In this document: positions 57,634-64,000 of the stretch, piece after piece
How the letters are laid out: each line of letters begins with the position of its first letter
How positions within the stretch are numbered: position 1 is the first letter of the stretch
DNA from: Minisyncoccia bacterium
Lineage (GTDB): Bacteria; Patescibacteriota; Minisyncoccia; SW-4-49-11
Length of the DNA stretch: 64,000 bases
Assembly: GCA_044356725.1 (NCBI GenBank)
Contig: JBIKVS010000005.1
Coordinates: 7,876-71,875 of the forward strand
Direction: 5' to 3'
The notes under the pieces: model-generated
The model's database searches: none
Seen by the model: the letters and a program-made list of their open reading frames with translations, nothing else
What the model was told of the DNA's origin: nothing
Translations under genes and position numbers: made by a program

Positions 57634-58349
57634 TGCTACCCACCCACCAAGACATTCAACAATCCCTCAGAAAATACGCCACTATAGAGCGAAAGAGGAA
57701 AATTGAGTGGTTTTTCAAAACTGGTAAAGGTCAATATGGTGAGGGAGATCAATTCATAGGTGTCACTAATCCTGATGTTAGGAAAGTCGCTAGACAATAT
57801 CAAGATATAGACTTGCAGGAAATAGAATTTCTCTTGCACTCCCCTATTCATGAAGATAGATTATGTGCTCTCATAATACTCGTCAATCAAAATAAAAAAG
57901 CGAATTTAGCAACTAGACAAAAAATTGTAAAATTATTTCTTAATAATTTAGAATTTATAAATAACTGGGATTTGGTGGACTGTTCAGCTCATTATATTCT
58001 GGGCAGAGCCATAGCTGAAGAAGTAGAAAACATAAAAATACTAGATAAGTTGGCAAATTCTCAGACACTTTGGGAGCGAAGAATTGCAATTATCTCTACA
58101 ATGTATTTTATCTCTCAGAATAATATCACTGAAACTCTAAGAATAGCTAAAGTCTTACTGTCAGATAAAGAAGACCTGATTCATAAAGCCGTCGGCTGGA
58201 CATTAAGAGAAGCCTGGAAAAAGCAACCTCAAGAAGTTGAAAATTTTCTAAAAGACAATTATACCCAAATTCCTCGTACAACCCTCAGATACACCATAGA
58301 GCGAATGGAAGAGAGTAAGAGAAAAATGTTTTTGAGGGGGGTGTTTTAA
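57633..58349 (+). CDS. DNA alkylation repair protein (AlkC/AlkD-like HEAT-repeat glycosylase family)
   Basis: N-terminus LRKYATIERKRKIEWFFKTGKGQYGEGDQFIGVTNPDVRKVARQY matches the DNA_alkylation family start. 238 aa, all-alpha. Confidence 0.55.
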   Translation: MLPTHQDIQQSLRKYATIERKRKIEWFFKTGKGQYGEGDQFIGVTNPDVRKVARQYQDIDLQEIEFLLHSPIHEDRLCALIILVNQNKKANLATRQKIVKLFLNNLEFINNWDLVDCSAHYILGRAIAEEVENIKILDKLANSQTLWERRIAIISTMYFISQNNITETLRIAKVLLSDKEDLIHKAVGWTLREAWKKQPQEVENFLKDNYTQIPRTTLRYTIERMEESKRKMFLRGVF

Positions 58350-58359
58350 TTGCGGAGAG

Positions 58360-58450
58360 AGGTATATTACGAACTCGTCGTGAATGGGATTTGCTCCTAT
58401 CCACCCTCCCCCTTCGGGCACTCCCTCCAAAGGGAGACAAAATAAATTCC
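58360..58450. repeat. GC-rich repeat element (modules B'-A)
   Basis: cgaactcgtcgtgaatgggatttgctcc...ccaccctcccccttcgggcactccctccaaagggagac. Confidence 0.6.
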
Positions 58451-58620
58451 AACCTCAAAAAAACAATGTCTACGATGTTTCTCATCTTTTTCAGGGGTAA
58501 AAATTATAATATTTAAGGCTATTTACAGAGTTTTTAAGGTGTGATATATTGATAATCTAATTATAGATGTAAATTTACTACTCTATAATTATAGTTATCC
58601 ATACTATCGGGAGCTTCCGA

Positions 58621-59610
58621 ATGTCTCTTCAAAATCTTGTCTTACACACTGGATTTACAAATCAAATTTTCTACACTATTTTAAATAAAGTCTTAATGCT
58701 AATTCAGAATAAGATCTCAAAAGAATTAAATCAAGATGTTGATGTTGAGTCAATATTTAAAACTCATAATTTGAGTTTTGTTGAAACTAGATTTTTTCGA
58801 GAGAAGACAAATGTAATTAGAGTTAGAGATAATTCCTCTGGAAAAAATTTAATTCTTAAAATTGGTAGAATAGATCCTTTTCAATTAGAATTATTGCTGT
58901 TAGCAAAAAAAATTGAGGATAAACTTAGTTTCAAAGTTCCAGCAATATTTTTTTCTGGTGATGGGTATATTGTTATGGAAGAAATTAGAGGTCAATTTTT
59001 GAATAATTTCTATGAAAACAATATTGAGTGGTGCGTGTCTCTTAGTAAAACCGTAGCTGATAGCTATCAAGTTCTGATTGATGAGTTTATCCAATCCAAT
59101 AGCCTTGGGGACTTACAAAAAGAGGCTGAGAAATGGTTCCTTTCTAGACTTAATATGTGGAGTAAGCCAATTATAGAACAAGGGCTAATTAGTTTCCAAT
59201 TTACTCAGGATCTAGCAGATCAATTTCAATACTACTCAAGTGGAGAAAATTTCTTTTCCTGGGTTCATGGGAATACAATTGGAGATCATATTATTATAAG
59301 TGACAATCAAGTATATTTAATTGATCTAAGTGCAGAACCTAGAGCTGGAGGAAAATACTATGATTTTTTGAGATCTATTGATTTTATGATACTGAAGTCG
59401 TCTAAACCCAATTTAATCTTTGCAAATATTCCAATATGGATAAACCAATATCTCTCAGAATTTGACGAAGAAGAAATTAAATTCATCCTAACTTTTAGAG
59501 CCATTGGTGCTTTAGGATGGGATATATTGCATCACAAGGTTGAATATACCAAAGGGGATATTGAAGAAAAAAAAGCAATACTATTAAATATAATCAAGGG
59601 AGAGTATTAA
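58621..59610 (+). CDS. aminoglycoside-phosphotransferase-like (APH/ChoK family) kinase
   Basis: WVHGNTIGDHIIISDNQVYLIDLS resembles the catalytic HGDxxxxN...IDxE region. Confidence 0.45.
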   Translation: MSLQNLVLHTGFTNQIFYTILNKVLMLIQNKISKELNQDVDVESIFKTHNLSFVETRFFREKTNVIRVRDNSSGKNLILKIGRIDPFQLELLLLAKKIEDKLSFKVPAIFFSGDGYIVMEEIRGQFLNNFYENNIEWCVSLSKTVADSYQVLIDEFIQSNSLGDLQKEAEKWFLSRLNMWSKPIIEQGLISFQFTQDLADQFQYYSSGENFFSWVHGNTIGDHIIISDNQVYLIDLSAEPRAGGKYYDFLRSIDFMILKSSKPNLIFANIPIWINQYLSEFDEEEIKFILTFRAIGALGWDILHHKVEYTKGDIEEKKAILLNIIKGEY

Positions 59611-59668
59611 AATTAGGACCAAATAATCGCTCTACCCTATTATACTCCAGGCTAGCAACTTGGAGTTT

Positions 59669-60352
59669 TTACTTCTTATACAAAACCATACGATTTAAGT
59701 ACATAAAAGGTATATCTATAATCCCTACAAGCCATTTTATAGCCATAGTCCCCACTATAATAGGTAAAAGTGGTTGTGCCCCGGCAAAAGCAATAGCCAC
59801 AAAAATCACAGTATCCAAAGCCATTGCTGGGATAGAGCTAAAAGCATTTCTCATCCAGAGATATTTTCCTTTGGTTAATTTTTTGAACCAATCAAAAATA
59901 TAAGCGTCTATATTCCCACTGATTAACAAAGCCACCCAACTAGCAATCATAATTCTTGGAGTATAGCCGATGATCTTAGCAAAATTTTCCTGCTCTGACC
60001 AAAAAGGAGCCGGTTGTAAGGAAATTGCCAACCAGATGAAAAAAGCTATAGCAACTTGGGTTATAAAGGTAATAAATATCATCTTTTGAGTCTCTTTTCT
60101 CCCAAATTTCTCATTGACTATATCAGTTAAGAGGAATGTGACCGCAAAGACTAAAGTCGCTGAATCAGAATAAAATTTCGTAAACCCAAGATCAAACTCA
60201 GCAATTTTATAAGCTATAATATTACTAGTCAAAACAAAAGCCACATATAATCCAACCAAAGCATCTACCTTATCATATCTACGAGCATACCAAGACCCAA
60301 ATAAGGAAAAGGCTGTAATAGCTATAATCCACAATAAAATTTGTAATAACAT
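59669..60352 (-). CDS. VUT-family (DUF165/YhhQ-like) transporter, copy 2
   Basis: Paralogue of 55748-56431. Flanking 40 bp are also conserved. Confidence 0.5.
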   Translation of the reverse strand: MLLQILLWIIAITAFSLFGSWYARRYDKVDALVGLYVAFVLTSNIIAYKIAEFDLGFTKFYSDSATLVFAVTFLLTDIVNEKFGRKETQKMIFITFITQVAIAFFIWLAISLQPAPFWSEQENFAKIIGYTPRIMIASWVALLISGNIDAYIFDWFKKLTKGKYLWMRNAFSSIPAMALDTVIFVAIAFAGAQPLLPIIVGTMAIKWLVGIIDIPFMYLNRMVLYKK

Positions 60353-60460
60353 ATTTTATAATTTAGTTATATTTTTATTATACACTATTTATAAACTTAA
60401 ACAAGAGTGATTTTTTACCTATTTTAATAGAGCCTTTGTGTTATTATACAAAGGCTCTAT

Positions 60461-60925
60461 TTAGTGATTTAAATGTAATTTATACCAATCAAATCTAGAA
60501 TCTAGATATATAGGTATGTCTAATATTTTATCAAAATTATTTCTTTCAACTGCTATTTTATAAGTAAAAGAATTACCACTTATAGCTCTACCCCATAAGA
60601 TATTATAATTTTTGGATCTACTGTAATTTATTGCCTTCTTGATAATAGAACACCCTATATCTATATAATGTCTACTCCTTGGTTTTACGAGTAAATGGCA
60701 CATTTCAATCTCATCATTAAGTATAGTCTCTAAAGTACAAAAACCAACTATATTTCTATTTTCATCTTCTATGGAAATATAATGTATAGATTTATCTAAC
60801 CAAGCATTTAAAATATCTATAGTTAGACTATTACCATCATCACCAGAGACTCTAGCTAATGTTTGTTTAGATTTTACCCAGCTTACTATAATTAGTTTTT
60901 TTTCCAATGATAATAGTTTACCCAT
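60461..60925 (-). CDS. small protein, possibly GNAT-like acetyltransferase
   Basis: 154 aa. Weak GNAT-like pattern (IVGFCTL...HLLVKP...GCSIIKKAINYS). Confidence 0.25.
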   Translation of the reverse strand: MGKLLSLEKKLIIVSWVKSKQTLARVSGDDGNSLTIDILNAWLDKSIHYISIEDENRNIVGFCTLETILNDEIEMCHLLVKPRSRHYIDIGCSIIKKAINYSRSKNYNILWGRAISGNSFTYKIAVERNNFDKILDIPIYLDSRFDWYKLHLNH

Positions 60926-61012
60926 TGATTTTTATTAATTTTACTTCTAATTTATAACATATATACATATATTGTCAAATTATGGTATAATAAACAAAAA
61001 TAATTTATAAAT

Positions 61013-61519
61013 ATGTATAAAAAACGATTTTTCATCACATTTGCTGGAGTAATAGGAAGCTCTAAAACTCCAATAGCTCATTATTTAAGTATAAAATTGA
61101 ATTTACCAATATTTAATAATGATGCTATTCGATCAGAAGTAAAAGGAGATATTGGATTTTTGGATGAGGAAGAATATCTAAGGAGACGCGATATAAGATT
61201 GAAAGAAATATTCCATAATGGGATACCATTTATTTATGATGCCAGTATGGATAGGTCTTGGAAAGGTAAAAAAGAAGTTATTATACAAACACAATATGAA
61301 CCTTATATTATTAGCCTTGATTTTAGTAAAGAATTATTACTTCAATTATATCAGCAAACAAAATATTATGAGGCAATGCCATTACTTGATACATTTATGA
61401 AGGATCACAATAATTTTTTAGATCAATATGCAAATGATATTAATTTACATATTACAGATAAAGATTTTAAAGATAGACTAAATATTGCTTATTCTAATGT
61501 AAAAAAATATCTAGAATAA
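61013..61519 (+). CDS. small P-loop NTPase/kinase-like protein
   Basis: N-terminal Walker-A-like FAGVIGSSKTPIA. 168 aa. Confidence 0.35.
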   Translation: MYKKRFFITFAGVIGSSKTPIAHYLSIKLNLPIFNNDAIRSEVKGDIGFLDEEEYLRRRDIRLKEIFHNGIPFIYDASMDRSWKGKKEVIIQTQYEPYIISLDFSKELLLQLYQQTKYYEAMPLLDTFMKDHNNFLDQYANDINLHITDKDFKDRLNIAYSNVKKYLE

Positions 61520-61544
61520 TAAAATAAAAAACAATGCTACCCAC

Positions 61545-61856
61545 CCACCAAGACATTCAACAATCTCTCAGACACTTTGGGAGCGAAGAATTGCCATTAT
61601 ATCCACAATGTATTTTATATCTAAGAACAATATCACTGAGACTCTAAGAATATCGAAATTATTACTATCAGATAAAGAAGATCTCATGCACAAAGCTGTG
61701 GGCTGGACACTGAGAGAAGCCTGGAAAAAGCAACCTCAAGAAGTTGAAAATTTTCTAAAAGACAATTATACCCAAATTCCTCGTACAACCCTCAGATACA
61801 CCATAGAGCGAATGGAAGAGAGTAAGAGAAAAATGTTTTTGAGGGGGGTGTTTTAA
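61545..61856 (+). pseudogene. internally deleted, frameshifted copy of the AlkD-like gene
   Basis: First 12 codons (MLPTHQDIQQSL) are joined at a ctcaga microhomology to the 3' third of the gene (...SQTLWERRIAIISTMYFIS...RGVF). Out of frame across the junction. Confidence 0.6.
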
Positions 61857-61869
61857 TTGCGGAGAGAGG

Positions 61870-62075
61870 TATATTACGAACTCGTCGTGAATGGGATTTG
61901 CTCCTTGAACCCCCTCAGTTCCCTCAATCCCCCTACAACCCCATCTCGGACACCCACGGTTTTCGACATTCGGAGCAAGCTCCTTATTGCCTTCCTCTCT
62001 AGGGGTATTGATTACATCCTCCACGGGAAACTCCCGTTTCCCGACCCCTTCCCTAGTTCTAATCTCTCCCCACTA
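61870..62075. repeat. GC-rich repeat element (variant B'-C-like)
   Basis: Same start as 58360 (cgaactcgtcgtgaatgggatttgctcc), then a divergent module-C-like sequence. Confidence 0.6.
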
Positions 62076-62124
62076 CTACACATAATATAAAAAAATGGGG
62101 ATATACCCCATTTTCTATATTTAG

Positions 62125-62213
62125 CGGAGAGAGGGAGATTCGAACTCCCGATAGGTTTGACCCTATACTGCGTTTCGAATGCAGCGCAATAAACCGGACT
62201 ATGCGATCTCTCC
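62125..62213 (-). tRNA. tRNA-Ser (anticodon CGA), type II with long variable arm
   Basis: Reverse complement GGAGAGA...anticodon loop TTCGAAA...variable arm TATAGGGTCAAACCTATC...GGGAGTTCGAATCTCCC TCTCTCC G. Confidence 0.65.
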
Positions 62214-62245
62214 TTTAAGTTTTATTATATCTCTTTTTATGAAGT

Positions 62246-62938
62246 TTATTCAAGTTTTTTAGGGAATTTTATATTTCTATAAGATTTATCAGATATATAA
62301 TATTTATAGATTAAATAAATTGCTATTGTTGTAATGTAGTGAAATATTCCTCTTCCCTGTAACCAATCAGATGGAAAACAGTATAAATGTAACCCATCTG
62401 GTATCCAAAAAGCTACTCCTATCACAAATGTTAATAATCCTATTATAAAATATTTTGAATTTAAGTTGTTTCTTTTTTTGATTAAGATTATACTCTCTAT
62501 TATAATATAAAATAAAATATTTACTGCAAACCATATTTGACCAATTCTTGCTTGTACAACTAGAGCTAAAGCTAAGTATAATATTTGATTCAAAGCTAGT
62601 ATAGGTATAAGTAATTTGTGATTTTTAATAATGTTTTTTAATGATATATAAAAAAGAACATTAAGAAGTATTAACATCCCCATCAAATCAAGAATATTAG
62701 CATAAAATGTATAAGAGGCATCATATATGCTTGAGAATGTCCCAACTAATATTGAGCTAATTCCTATTAATTTAGCACTTTGATTTTTTGGTATTAGTAA
62801 AAGATATATTCCTAGTAAAATATAAGGAATATTAGATACAAAATATCCTGGTCTAGCTATAAACTGACTTGTTGCTTCTTCACAAAAATAGACACTTGGT
62901 AGTTTTGATCCAAAAATAGATTGCCAAAATGGATGCAT
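62246..62938 (-). CDS. polytopic membrane protein of unknown function
   Basis: 230 aa, about 7 hydrophobic helices. Confidence 0.35.
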   Translation of the reverse strand: MHPFWQSIFGSKLPSVYFCEEATSQFIARPGYFVSNIPYILLGIYLLLIPKNQSAKLIGISSILVGTFSSIYDASYTFYANILDLMGMLILLNVLFYISLKNIIKNHKLLIPILALNQILYLALALVVQARIGQIWFAVNILFYIIIESIILIKKRNNLNSKYFIIGLLTFVIGVAFWIPDGLHLYCFPSDWLQGRGIFHYITTIAIYLIYKYYISDKSYRNIKFPKKLE

Positions 62939-63033
62939 AAATTTATATATTAGTTGTTTGATTTATTATATCACATTATTTGATAACACTCGCCTTTTAT
63001 GCTATAATATTATTATATTACAAAATTTATAGT

Positions 63034-64000
63034 ATGAGTGAAAAAAATTCCCTAGACACCAAAAGACATACTGGAGCACATATTCTAGCTACAGCTATTT
63101 ATGATATGTTCCCTGAGGCTCAATTTGGAGTTGGTCCTACTACTGAGAATGGATTTTATTACGATGTTTTGCTACCCCGCACTCTGATTCCTGAGGATTT
63201 GGCTATTCTAGAGGATAAGATGAAAGCTATTATCAAAGCTAATCTGCCTGTTGAGAGAGCTGAGATGAATATTGATGAGGCTATTGAACATTTTAGGGAA
63301 GCTGGACAAATGTTAAAGGTTGAGTTATTGCAAGACCTTAAGACTCATGGAACTACTAATTTTACTGAGATCTATGGAGATGAGGAAGTTAACTCTAATG
63401 AGAAAGAAGTCTCTACTGTAAGTGTTTATAAAATTGGTAATTTTGTAGATTTATGTCGTGGTCCGCATATTGAATCTACTGGACAAATTGATTCTCAAGC
63501 TTTTGCTTTAGATAGTATTTCGGCTTCTTATTTTCGTGGAGACCAGAATCGTGAGAGCTTACAGAGAGTTTATGGTATTTTATTCAATTCCAAAAAAGAA
63601 TTGAAAGAATTCCTACATAATCGTGAAGAGGCAAAGAAAAGGGATCATAGAGTATTAGGGAAAAGTTTAGGTTTATTTACCTTCTCAGAATTAGTCGGTG
63701 CTGGACTACCACTCTATACTCCAGCTGGGACTACTCTTAAAAATAATATTGCAGGATTATTAAGGCAAATTAGTAAAAAATATGGTGCTCAAGAGGTATC
63801 CATACCACATATTGCCAAAAAAGAGTTATATGAGATTAGCGGCCATGCTCAAAAGTTCACAGAAGAATTGTTGAGTGTACATAGCCACTACAAACAAGAT
63901 TTTGTATTAAAGCCAGTAAACTGCCCTCATCACACTCAGCTGTTTGCATCGGAACCTCGTAGTTATAAAGATTTACCTATTCGGTATATTGAGTCTACTA
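63034..64000 (+). CDS. thrS: threonyl-tRNA synthetase, N-terminal part (runs off window end)
   Basis: TGAHILATAI (second additional domain HxxxH), KRDHRVLGK, class II catalytic-core start ...NCPHHTQLF. A TATAAT box at 63004-63009 lies upstream. Confidence 0.85.
   Translation, partial: MSEKNSLDTKRHTGAHILATAIYDMFPEAQFGVGPTTENGFYYDVLLPRTLIPEDLAILEDKMKAIIKANLPVERAEMNIDEAIEHFREAGQMLKVELLQDLKTHGTTNFTEIYGDEEVNSNEKEVSTVSVYKIGNFVDLCRGPHIESTGQIDSQAFALDSISASYFRGDQNRESLQRVYGILFNSKKELKEFLHNREEAKKRDHRVLGKSLGLFTFSELVGAGLPLYTPAGTTLKNNIAGLLRQISKKYGAQEVSIPHIAKKELYEISGHAQKFTEELLSVHSHYKQDFVLKPVNCPHHTQLFASEPRSYKDLPIRYIEST

Noticed and set aside
1-64000. Alternative genetic code (code 25/4, UGA sense) suggested by the very low GC
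   Set aside because: Long, uninterrupted standard-code ORFs with intact conserved motifs (rpoB 1062 aa, Type III res 1014 aa, SNF2 1132 aa) show the standard code is used.

Overview
AT-rich (about 30% GC) bacterial chromosomal segment read under the standard genetic code (the long ORFs are intact). It opens with the rpoC 5' end and rpoB (minus strand) and ends with the thrS 5' end. Within the window there are three tRNAs (Arg-TCG, Glu-TTC, Ser-CGA) and ordinary housekeeping and metabolic genes. These include a DEAD-box helicase, Dus, an ABC-F ATPase next to an Erm/KsgA-like methyltransferase, two NUDIX hydrolases, an AlkD-like repair protein, an NlpC/P60 peptidase, a CN-hydrolase, an amidinotransferase-fold protein, a pair of VUT-like transporters, and cytochrome-b5-like proteins. 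Roughly 7.9-45.8 kb is a dense defence/accessory island. It holds RhuM-like and RhuM-Fic/Doc proteins, a DUF2130-like gene coupled to a circularly permuted photolyase homologue, and a ParB/DGQHR-like protein. It also holds an Eco57I/MmeI-like N6A methyltransferase in an operon with an AlbA_2/HATPase_c_4 protein and a PLD-SNF2 helicase, and a diverged second SNF2-plus-small-protein locus. Both loci are preceded by the same roughly 115-bp module built on a perfect 14-bp-arm palindrome (TCTATCGACAA-n3-TTGTCGATAGA). The island further contains a GmrSD-like Type IV enzyme, a complete Type III mod-res pair, an alphaCTD/sigma-r4-like multi-winged-helix protein, and a 1235-aa protein with about ten tandem 117-bp repeats. 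A family of GC-rich (about 55% GC), modular, hairpin-forming intergenic repeats recurs at 14 or more sites. Three copies of a tiny gene family (61 aa, one intact, one pseudogene, one high-GC) and two anomalously GC-rich small membrane-protein ORFs, each with its own terminator, sit among these repeats. The window also shows a segmental duplication, a microhomology-mediated deletion pseudogene, and a tRNA 3'-end direct repeat that delimits a mini-island.
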